A stretch of DNA of 64,000 nt from Cyanophora paradoxa CCMP329 (lineage: Eukaryota > Plantae > Glaucophyta). This document shows positions 23,890 through 34,250 of this stretch, piece after piece. The translations under genes were made by a program, and so were the position numbers. Position 1 is the stretch's first letter; each line of letters opens with the position of its first letter. The notes under the pieces are model-generated. The model ran no database searches. It saw nothing but the letters and a program-made list of their open reading frames with translations, and was not told the DNA's origin. Location of the stretch: the NCBI GenBank assembly GCA_004431415.1, contig QPMI01000195.1, positions 143,790 to 207,789 on the forward strand. Direction: 5' to 3'.

Positions 23890-25900
23890 TTTACGCCTCG
23901 CTTCATTCGAATGCAGAAGACCTAGCTATCTTACGCCTGACACTACTTAGCTAGATGCACGGGATAGCGCATCGGGTTGGGCCCTGAGGTACGGCAGCTC
24001 AAGGCTGCTTTCCCGGGAACCACGTATCATAATACGTTGGCGATCGACCAGGGCGGATCGCCGTATGCCATTCCGGCCTTGCCCTTGCGAGTTCCGGAAC
24101 AAGAACTCTCCGGGGTAAGCGTGCTAGGCGCCTGTACCCCGGGGAGGGCCGTTGCGGGTCGAGACGGTGTACCCCGCTCGGGGGTACTCCGCTCGGGGCC
24201 GTCGCGGGGCCGATCGGGGTACCCCGCTCGGGGGTACACTTGATCGGGGCCGCTCTGACGCCGTACCCCTCTCCGGGGTACGCGTTCGGCCTCGGGCCGC
24301 GCCTTGTGGGGCCGGTTGGGGCGAACGGCGTACCCCGGGGAGGGGTACGTGGTTTCTTCCGGGTTCGGGGATCCGAAGCCGGGTACCGCCGCCGGAGGCC
24401 GCGGGGGTGAGCGTAGCGAACGCAGCACGAATGCAGTACCCCCTACCACACGCGTAGCGTGCCCGTCGTCCGCAGACGACCATGAGACCAAGGAGTCGTA
24501 CAACATACGACAACCGAGGCTCATCAAAAACCAACAGGACTCCGAATCATGCGCGAAGTCTCCCCCCGCGCCGGGGCGGCAGACTCGAAAACCAGCAAGT
24601 TACCGCGGGAAAACCGCGTAACGGTCATGCGCGCTGGACCCCGGCTCGGCACCCGCGGGTCCAGAGGAAAACAGGGTAAAACCCAGCGGAGAAAACTCGA
24701 GACTCTCCACGAAGCCGCGCGACTGTTTCTTGGGGGCGCGCTGGACCCCGGCCCGGCACAAGTGGGTCCAGCGGACGCGCGTGGAAACACGAATGACGAC
24801 CGGTACACCGAGTCTGCGCGGTTCGTGCCCGAATCTTCGACGGAACCATTGTAAATTACCACGGATCAGCTGTGCACGATCGCGACCACGTCCGCGCTGG
24901 TGGCCGGCACCGAGCGGGAGTAACATCCGGAACCGTGTGCACAGGAGACGGCAAGGAACCACGTATTATAATACCCTCGGCGAACGCTGGCGCTGGTCGC
25001 CGTATGCATTGCCTTTTTGCGCGAACTTTTCGCGGCGCCGGGGCTCGCTGGGTGGCGAGGTTCGGCGCCCCGGAAGGAAAAATCGCGGGGAGGTGGGCGG
25101 GAGCGATTTCGCTTCGCCGCTGGTCGCTTCGTGGCCTGGGGCGGCCGCGAGCGAAGCTGGGCGTGAAGGGAAACCCCGAATCAGCGTACCCCCCGGAGCT
25201 CGGCGGCTTCAAGCCCGCCGGCTCGGCCCAACGGCTAGCTCAGCTAGTCCCTTGCGGGGCGCTCGCAGCAGCCTGCTGCTAATCCCGTGCTCGCCTCGCG
25301 CCGCTTCCGCGGCTAGCGAGTCGCTCAGCTCTTTCGTGCCTGGCGCTCGGCTACGGTCGTCTTTGTTTGCATTCCGTCGGCGCAAAACTCGATTTACGCA
25401 TTGAGAGCGCAAATCCCGATTTACGCCTCGCTTCATTCGAATGCAGAAGACCTAGCTATCTTACGCCTGACACTACTTAGCTAGATGCACGGGATAGCGC
25501 ATCGGGTTGGGCCCTGAGGTACGGCAGCTCAAGGCTGCTTTCCCGGGAACCACGTATCATAATACGTTGGCGATCGACCAGGGCGGATCGCCGTATGCCA
25601 TTCCGGCCTCGCCCTTGCGAGTTCCGGAACAAGAACTCTCCGGGGTAAGCGTGCTAGGCGCCTGTACCCCGGGGAGGGCCGTTGCGGGTCGAGACGGTGT
25701 ACCCCGCTCGGGGGTACTCCGCTCGGGGCCGTCGCGGGGCCGATCGGGGTACCCCGCTCGGGGGTACACTTGATCGGGGCCGCTCTGACGCCGTACCCCT
25801 CTCCGGGGTACGCGTTCGGCCTCGGGCCGCGCCTTGTGGGGCCGGTTGGGGCGAACGGCGTACCCCGGGGAGGGGTACGTGGTTTCTTCCGGGTTCGGGG
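23890..25900. repeat. Two near-identical 481-bp direct repeats (23890-24370, 25420-25900) upstream of the Gypsy ORF
   Basis: Sequence repeats at a 1530-bp offset. A further ~92-bp module is repeated at 24356-24447 and ~26795-26887. No TG...CA ends or TSD. Confidence 0.9.
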
Positions 25901-27231
25901 TTGACCGATTTGCATTAGCACATCCATACAACTAATGAAGTTGTCTACGTCGACCACAATCTCACTGAAAGCACTATCCAGGAAGAGAAAGTGAGGACTC
26001 TCGTGTGCTGTGCTCACAATCTACATACTGGAGAAAGGGGACAACACTCTCCTATTAAACACTGCAAACAGAGAGCCGAAGCTAAGGCCAAGCTACCACA
26101 ACCTCCCTAAGGACGCAGGAACTGAGCCTACGTATAGCAAGGGTGAAGTCGAAGCGGCCGAGCCTAAACTGTAGCCCTCCTCTGAGCAGTGCCCTAGAAA
26201 AGCGAAGACTCCAAAAAACTCCAGGGAAGGGCCGGAAACCGGAGCCCGTGAGGGCCCGGGTAAAAACCGGCGGGCGCACAGCGTCGCCAGCCGAAACCAG
26301 CAAGCTGTGCTCCTCGGCACCGGAAGATACCGCCTCCAGCTGGGCACACGCGCCTGCCCGAAGTCCGCTGCGGCGGGGGTTGGGAGGCCCCGGGCCGCCC
26401 GAGTGCTCAGAAGCACATCGCCTCGCCAGGAGTCCGAGTTTCTGTGCGACGACGACGCCCGCAGCCGCTGCGTAGGCGTGCAATCACGCCACCGACGATT
26501 GCCTGCAGGGGCGCACGCAAGCCGTCGGCATGACGCGAGCGGCCGCTCGGCGCCGCAGAGAAGACATCGGGCTGAGCGAGAGAGCAGTTGCTGAAGCCAC
26601 CGCTGGTGGCCGCTGGAGTGGCTCGCCGAACCGACCCGCGCGGAGCGGATTCCCAACGGGCGCGCGGCTGATCAGCTAAAAGTGGGCTTGAAGTGCGGCC
26701 GAGGCGATTCGCGACCGTCGGACAGCCGGAGAGGCGCCCAGCGGGCAGGAGCCCGCTACCTACCTTCTCTCCAGGTCGGGGTACGCGAATCCTTCTTCCG
26801 GGTTCGGGGATCCGAAGCCGGGTACCGCCGCCGGAGGCCGCGGGGGTGAGCGTAGCGAACGCAGCACGAATGCAGTACCCCCTACCAAACAAGAGTCAGG
26901 TCACAGCCAGCCAGAATAGCATACATAAGGACAAAAGTGATCAAGAGGGCGAGGGTTGATCCACCCTCCTCCTGCCCCCCCCCCCTCTCGTTCCTCCCCC
27001 CCCGCCACCCCAACGTGTCTCGGACGCTGAGCCCCTATCCCCCAGCGCACTGCGCTGTAGGAGGGACGGGCAGAGAGCGTGAATTCGGACAACAACATGG
27101 GGCCGGGGCGGGCCAAGAAGCCCGAGGGAACGAGCCGGCACAGAAGGCTGGGGGGGTTCTCGCCGTACCCCTATGGGACAGTCGACGAACCGGGGCGGCG
27201 CTTGATAGTTGCGCCGCCAGATCCCCGCCGC

Positions 27232-28660
27232 TGTTGCGTGCAGTGTGAGGACCCGGGATGATTCGGGGAATCACTAGCCTCTCGCGAGATGGCCTATTGG
27301 TAGAACTGCCGCCTTGACACCCCTTAGTCGTTGGTTCGACTCCGGCTGGGTCCGGGTCGCAACGCGTCCATAACATGGGGGCTGCTAACGGACCTGGTTC
27401 GACTCCCGACGAGGGATAGACCGGGCTTCGAATCCCACGCGGGGCGCTAGGAAGCGCTGGCTGAGGGCCGCTGCATCGCGGTACCCCGATAAGCCCGGCA
27501 CCTGCATCGGTGGCCGCCGAAGAGCCTAGAAACTGCGCGCGCGGAAAAAGCGGCAGTTGCGGCTGTGTGATCATGAGTGGGTGTCACGTGCGGCATGTGA
27601 CCGAGGTTGAGATCGCGAGTTGTGAGGTGAAATGCAGCAATGGAACCGCACGGAAGGATCTCGGGTCGAGATCACCGTGGCGGGGGGATGTTGCGTGCAG
27701 TGTGAGGACCCGGGATGATTCGGGAATCACTAGCCTCTCGCGAGATGGCCTATTGGTAGAACTGCCGCCTTGACACCCCTTAGTCGTTGGTTCGACTCCG
27801 GCTGGGTCCGGGTCGCAACGCGTCCATAACATGGGGGCTGCTAACGGACCTGGTTCGACTCCCGACGAGGGATAGACCGGGCTTCGAATCCCACGCGGGG
27901 CGCTAGGAAGCGCTGGCTGAGGGCCGCTGCATCGCGGTACCCCGATAAGCCCGGCACCTGCATCGGTGGCCGCCGAAGAGCCTAGAAACTGCGCGCGCGG
28001 AAAAAGCGGCAGTTGCGGCTGTGTGATCATGAGTGGGTGTCACGTGCGGCATGTGACCGAGGTTGAGATCGCGAGTTGTGAGGTGAAATGCAGCAATGGA
28101 ACCGCACGGAAGGATCTCGGGGTCGAGATCACCGTGGCGGGGGGGATGTTGCGTGCAGTGTGAGGACCCGGGATGATTCGGGGAATCACTAGCCTCTCGC
28201 GAGATGGCCTATTGGTAGAACTGCCGCCTTGACACCCCTTAGTCGTTGGTTCGACTCCGGCTGGGTCCGGGTCGCAACGCGTCCATAACATGGGGGCTGC
28301 TAACGGACCTGGTTCGACTCCCGACGAGGGATAGACCGGGCTTCGAATCCCACGCGGGGCGCTAGGAAGCGCTGGCTGAGGGCCGCTGCATCGCGGTACC
28401 CCGATAAGCCCGGCACCTGCATCGGTGGCCGCCGAAGAGCCTAGAAACTGCGCGCGCGGAAAAAGCGGCAGTTGCGGCTGTGTGATCATGAGTGGGTGTC
28501 ACGTGCGGCATGTGACCGAGGTTGAGATCGCGAGTTGTGAGGTGAAATGCAGCAATGGAACCGCACGGAAGGATCTCGGGGTCGAGATCACCGTGGCGGG
28601 GGGGATGTTGCGTGCAGTGTGAGGACCCGGGATGATTCGGGGAATCACTAGCCTCTCGCG
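27232..28660 (+). mobile_element. Tandem array of a miniature non-autonomous LTR element (TRIM) with tRNA-derived Pol III promoter in each LTR
   Basis: LTRs TGTT...AACA at 27232-27375, 27689-27831, 28147-28290, and a partial one at 28606-28660. PBS TGGGGGCT follows each full LTR. Purine tract GGCGGGGGG(G)A precedes each internal LTR. A box TGGCCTATTGG and B box GGTTCGACTCC lie inside the LTR. Confidence 0.8.
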
Positions 28661-31600
28661 GCAGCGCGGGGCCGCGCGAGGCCGTGACGAACCCCGGGGC
28701 GGTGATGGGGCCATGAGCTCCAGCAGGAGAGCGCGGCTGGCGAGCCAGAGGCCGGCCCGCCCTGCGCAAGCAGGTTATGCGGCGGCGGTGGGTCGAGCAG
28801 CAGCCCGGGGCCGCGCGAGGTCGCTGCAGACCTCGGGGCGGGGGTGGGGCCTTGAGCTCCAGCCAGGAAGCGTCGCGGGCGAGCTAGAGGCCGGCCCGCC
28901 TTGCATACGCAGGTCAGGCGGTGGTGGCGAGCCGAGCTGTGGCATGGGGCCGCGCGAGGTCGCCACGGACCTTGGCGCGGCGGCGGAGCTTTGAGCTCCA
29001 GTATGAGGCGCTGCAGGCGAGCCAGCGGCTGGCCGGGCCCGCCCTGCGCAAGCAGGTCAGGCGGCGGCGGCGAGCCGAGCGGCGGCGCGGGGCCGCGCGA
29101 GGTCGCAGTAGCCCTCGGTGTAGTGGCGGGGCCTGGAGCTTCAGCCAGGGGGCCTTGCGGGCGAGCCAGGGGCCGGCCCGCCCTGCGCCCGCAGGTCGGG
29201 CGGAGGCGGCGGGTCGAGCGGCGGCGCGGGCCGAGCGGCGGCGCGGGGCCGCGCGAGGCCGTGACGGACCTCGGGGCCGCGAAGGAGCCTTGAGCTCCAG
29301 CAGGGGGCGACGCGGGTGAGCCAGAGGCCGGCCCGCCCTGCGCAAGCAGGCGAGGCGGCGGCGGCGAGCCGAGCGGCGGTGCGGGCCGTGCGAGGTCGCT
29401 GCAGACCTCGGGGCGGTGGTGGAGGCTTGAGCTCCAGCAGGAGAGCGCGGTGGGCGGGCCAGCGGCCGGCCCGCCCTGCGCCAGCGGGTCAGGCAGTGGC
29501 GGTACGCCGAGCTGCAGCGCGGGCCGCGCGAGGCCGTGACGGACCTCGGGGCGTAGGTGGGGCCCTGGGCTCTAGCCGGAGAGCGCGGCAGGCGAGCCAG
29601 CGGCCGGCCCGCCCTGTGCAAGCAGGTCAGGCGGCGGCGGCGGGTCGAGCTGCAGCGCGGGGCCGCGCGAGGCCGTGACGGACCTCGGGGTAGCGGTGGA
29701 GCCCTGGGCTCCAGCCGGAGAGCGCGGCAGGTGAGCCAGCGGCCGGCCCGCCCTGCGCAAGCAGGTCAGGCGGCGGCGGCGGGTCGAGCGGCGGCGCGGG
29801 GGCCGCGCGAGGCCGTGACGGACCTCGGGGCGGGGCGGGGCCCTGGGCTCCAGCCGGAGAGCGCCGCAGGCGAGCCAGCGGTCGGCCCGCCCTGCGCAAG
29901 CAGGTCAGGCGGCAGCGGCGGGTGGCGCGGCGGTGCGGGGCCGCGCGAGGTCGTTTTCGGACCTCGGGGTGGAGGTGGGGCCCAAGGGCTCCAGCCGGGG
30001 AGCGCTGTATGCGAGCCAGCGGCCGGCCCGTCCTGCGCAAGCAGGTTATGCGGCGGCGGCGGTCGAGTGGTGGTGCAGGGCCGCATGAGGCCGTGAACGG
30101 ACCTCGGGGCGGAGGTGGAGCCCAAGGGCTCCAGCCGGAGGGCGCGGCAGGCGAGCCAGCGGCCGGCCCGCCCTGCGCAAGCAGGTCAGGCGGCGGCGGT
30201 GGGTCGAGCGGCAGCGCGGGGCCGCGCGAGGCCGTGACGGACCTCGGGGCGGAGGTGGGGCCCTGGGCTCCAGCCGGGGAGCGCTGCATGCGAGCCAGCG
30301 GCCGGCCCGCCCTGCGCAGGCAGGTCAGGCAGTGGCGGTACGCCGAGCTGCAGCGCGGGGCCGCGCTAGGCCGTGACGGATCTCGGGGCGGAGGTGGAGA
30401 CCAAGGCTCCGGCCGGGGAGGGCTGCATGCGAGCCAGCGGCCGGCCCGCCCTGCGCAAGCAGGTTATGCGGCGGCGGCGGGTCGAGCGGCCGCGCGGGCC
30501 GCGCGAGGCCGTGACGGACCTCGGGGCGGAGGTGGAGCCCTGGGCTCAGCCGGGGAGCGCTGCGTGCGAGCCAGCGGCCAGCCCGCCCTGCGCCAGCAGG
30601 TGATGCGGCGGCGGCGGGTCGAGCAGCAGCGCGGGGCTGCGCGAGGCCGTGATGGACCTCGGGGCGGAGGTGGAGCCCTGGGCTCCAGCCGGGAAGCGCT
30701 GCATACGAGCCAGCGGCCGGCCCGCCCTGCGCAAGCAGGGTATGCGGCGGCGGCGGGTCGAGCGGCATCGCGGGCCGGGCGAGGCCGTGACGGACCTCTG
30801 GGCGGCGGTGGCGCCTTGAGCTCCAGCCGGGGGGGGCTGCGGACGAGCCAGCGGCGGGCCCGCCCTGCGCGGGCAGGTTATGCGGCGGCGGCGTGTCGAG
30901 CGGCAGCACAGGGAGCGCGAGGCCGTGGCGGACCTCGGGCGGTGGTGGGGCCTTGGGCTCCAGCCGGGGAGCGCTGCATGGGCACCAGCGGCCGGCCCTG
31001 CGCAGGCAGGTTATGCGGCGGCGGCGGGTCGAGCGGCAGCGCGGGGCCGCGCGAGGCCGTGACGGGCCTCGGGCGGCAGTGGAGCCCTGGGCTCCAGCCG
31101 GGGAGCGCTGTATGCGAGCCAGCGGACGGCCCGCCCTGCGCAAGCAGGTTTTTCGGCGGCGGCTGGTCGGGCGGCAGTGCGGGGCCGCGCGAGGCCGTGA
31201 TGGACCTCGGGGCGGGGCGGGCCCTGGGCTCCAGCCGGGGAGCGCTGCGTGCGAGCCAGCGGCCGGCCCGCCCTGCGCAAGCAGGTCAGGCGGCGGCGGC
31301 GGGTCGAGCGGCCGCGCGGGGCCGCGCGAGGCTGTGACGGACCTCGGGGCGGAGGTGGGGCCCTGGGATCCAGCCGGGGAGCGCTGCATGCGAGCCAGCG
31401 GCCGGCCAGCCCCGCGCCAGCAGGTTATGCGGCGGCGGTGGGTCGAGCGGCAGCCCGAAGCCGCGCGAGGCCGAGACGGACCTCGGGGCGGAGGTGGAGC
31501 CCTGGGCTCAGCCGGGGAGCGCTGCGTGCGAGCCAGCGGCCAGCCCGCCCTGCGCCAGCAGGTGATGCGGCGGCGGCGGGTCGAGCGGCAGCGCGGAGCT

Positions 31601-34250
31601 GCGCGAGGCGGTGATGGACCTCGGGGCGGAAGTGGAGCCCTGGGCCCCAGCCGGAGGGCGCGGCAGGCGAGCCAGCGGCCGGCCCGCCCTGCGCAAGCAG
31701 GTCAGGCGGCGGCGGTGGGTCGAGCGGCGGCGCGGGGCCGCGCGAGGCCGTGACGGGCCTCGGGGCGTAGGTGGGGCCCTGGGCCCCAGCCGGAGAGTAC
31801 CGCAGGCGAGACGGCGGTCGGCCCGCCCTGCGCAAGCAGGGTATGCGGCGGCGGCGGGTCGAGCGGCATCGCGGGGCCGGGCGAGGCCGTGACGGACCTC
31901 TGGGCGGCGGTTGCGCCTTGAGCTCCAGCCGGGGGGCGCTGCGGACGAGCCAGCGGCGGGCCCGCCCTGCGCGGGCAGGTTATGCGGCGGCGGCGTGTCG
32001 AGCGGCAGCACAGGGAGCGCGAGGCCGTGGCGGACCTCGGGGCGGTGGTGGGGCCTTGGGCTCCAGCCGGGGAGCGCTGCATGCGCACCAGCGGCCGGCC
32101 CTGCGCAGGCAGGTTATGCGGCGGCGGCGGGTCGAGCGGCAGCGCGGGCCGCGCGAGGCCGTGACGGACCTCGGGGCGGCCGTGGAGCCCTGGGCTCCAG
32201 CCGGGGAGCGCTGCGTGCGAGCCAGCGGCCGGCCCGCCCTGCGCAAGCAGGTCAGGCGGCAGCGGCGTGTCGAGCAGCAGCGCGGGGCCGCGCGAAGCCG
32301 TGACGGACCTCGGGCGGAAGTGGGGCCCTGGGCTCCAGCCGGGGAGCGCTGCATGCGAGCCAGCGGCCGGCCAGCCCCGCGCCAGCAGGTTATGCGGCGG
32401 CGGTGGGTCGAGCGGCAGCCCGAAGCCGCGCGAGGCCGAGACGGACCTCGGGGCGGAGGTGGAGCCCTGGGCTCAGCCGGGGAGCGCTGCGTGCGAGCCA
32501 GCGGCCGGCCCGCCCTGCGCCAGCAGGTGATGCGGCGGCGGCGGTCGAGCGGCAGCGCGGGGCTGCGCGAGGCGGTGATGGACCTCGGGGCGGAAGTGGA
32601 GCCCTGGGCCCCAGCCGGAGAGCGCGGCAGGCGAGCCAGCGGCCGGCCCGCCCTGCGCAAGCAGGTCAGGCGGCGGCGGTGGGTCGAGCGGCGGCGCGGG
32701 GCCGCGCGAGGCCGTGACGGCCTCGGGGCGTAGGTGGGGCCCTGGGCCCCAGCCGGAGAGTACCGCAGGCGAGACGGCGGTCGGCCCGCCCTGCGCAAGC
32801 AGGTTATGCGGTGGCGGCGGGTCGAGCAGCAGCGCGGGGCCGCGCGAGGCCGTGACGGACCTCGGGGCGGAGTTGGGGCCCTGGGCTCCAGCCGGGGAGC
32901 GCCGCAGGCGAGCCAGCGGCCGGCCCGCCCTGCGCAAGCAGGTTATGCGGCGGCGGAGGTCGAGCGGCGGCGCGGGGCCGCGCGCGGACACTGCGTACCT
33001 CGGGGCGGTGGCCGGTGGAGCCTTGAGCTCCAGTCGAGGAGTGCCGCGGGCGAGCCAGCGGCCGGCCTGCCCTGCGCGAGCAGGTCAGGCGGCAGCGGTG
33101 TGTCGAGCGGCGGCGCGGGGGTCGCGCGAGGCCGCTTCAGACCTCGGGGTGGAGGTGGGGCCCAAGGGCTCCAACCGGCGAATGTCGCAGGCGAGCCAGC
33201 GGTCGGCCCGCCCTGCGCAAGCAGGTCAGGCGGCGGCGGCAGGTCGCGCGGCGGCGCGGGCCGCGCGGGGCTGTGACGGACCTCGGGGCGGAGGTGGGGC
33301 CCCAAGGGCTCCAGCCCGAGAGCGCCGCGTGCGAGCCAGCGGCCGGCCCGCCCTGCGTAAGCAGGTCCGGCGGCGGCGGCGAGTCGAGCGGCGGTGCGGG
33401 GCCGCGCGAGGCCGTGACGGACCTCGGGGCGGAGGTGAAGCCCAAGGCTCCAGCCGGAGAGCGCCGCAGGTGGCCCGCGGCCGGCCCGCCCTGCGCAAGC
33501 GGGTCAGGCGGCGGCGGCGGGTCGAGCGGCGGCGCGGGGGCCGTGCGAGGCCGTGACGGACCTCGGGGCGGAGGCGGAGCCCTGGGCTCCAGCCGGAGAG
33601 CGCCGCAGGCGAGCCAGCGGTCGGCCCGCCCTGCGCAAGCAGGTCAAGCGGCGGCGGCGGGTGGCGCGGCGGTGCGGGGCCGTGCGAGGTCGTTTTCGGA
33701 CCTCGGGACGGAGGTGGAGCCCTGGGCTCTAGCCGGGGAGCGCCGCAGGCGCGCCAGCGGTCGGCCCGCCCTGCGCAAGCAGGTCAGGCGGCGGTGCCAC
33801 GGTGGCGGGTCGAGCGGCGGCACGGGGCCGCGCGAGGCCGTGACGGACCTCGGGGCGGAGGTGGAGACCAAGGCTCCAGCCGGAGAGCGCCGCAGGCGAG
33901 CCAGTGGTCGGCCCGCCCTGCGTAAGCAGGTCAGGCGGCGGCGGCGGCGGGTCGAGCGGCAGCGCGGGCCGCGCGAGGCCGTGACGGACCTCGGGGCGGA
34001 GGCGGAGCCCTGGGCTCCAGCCGGGGAGCGCTGCGTGCGAGCCAGCGGCCGGCCCGCCCTGCGCAAGCAGGTCAGGCGGCGGCGGCGGGTGGCGCGGCGG
34101 TGCGGGGCCGCGCGAGGTCGTTTTCGGACCTCGGGACGGAGGTGGAGCCCTGGGCTCCAGCCGGGGAGTGCCGCAGGCGAGCCAGCGGCCGGCCCGCCCT
34201 GCGCAAGCAGGTCCGGCGGCGGCGGCGAGCCGAGCTGCGGTGCGGGGGTT
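28661..34250. repeat. GC-rich ~140-bp tandem satellite (~40 diverged units) with higher-order duplications
   Basis: The core GCCCGCCCTGCGCAAGCAGG recurs at ~140-bp spacing (e.g. ~29750, 29890, 30030, 30170). The unit is not a multiple of 3. Confidence 0.9.

Noticed and set aside
23890-25900. 481-bp direct repeats as the LTR pair of the Gypsy element or of a TRIM
   Set aside because: Both copies lie on one side of the coding region and lack TG...CA ends, PBS/PPT and TSD.
27287-27356. Functional tRNA-Val(GAC) gene
   Set aside because: The anticodon and acceptor stems do not pair; only the A/B boxes and T-arm are retained.
27232-28660. Retrozyme with hammerhead ribozyme
   Set aside because: No CUGANGA...GAAA core was found by eye on either strand of the unit.
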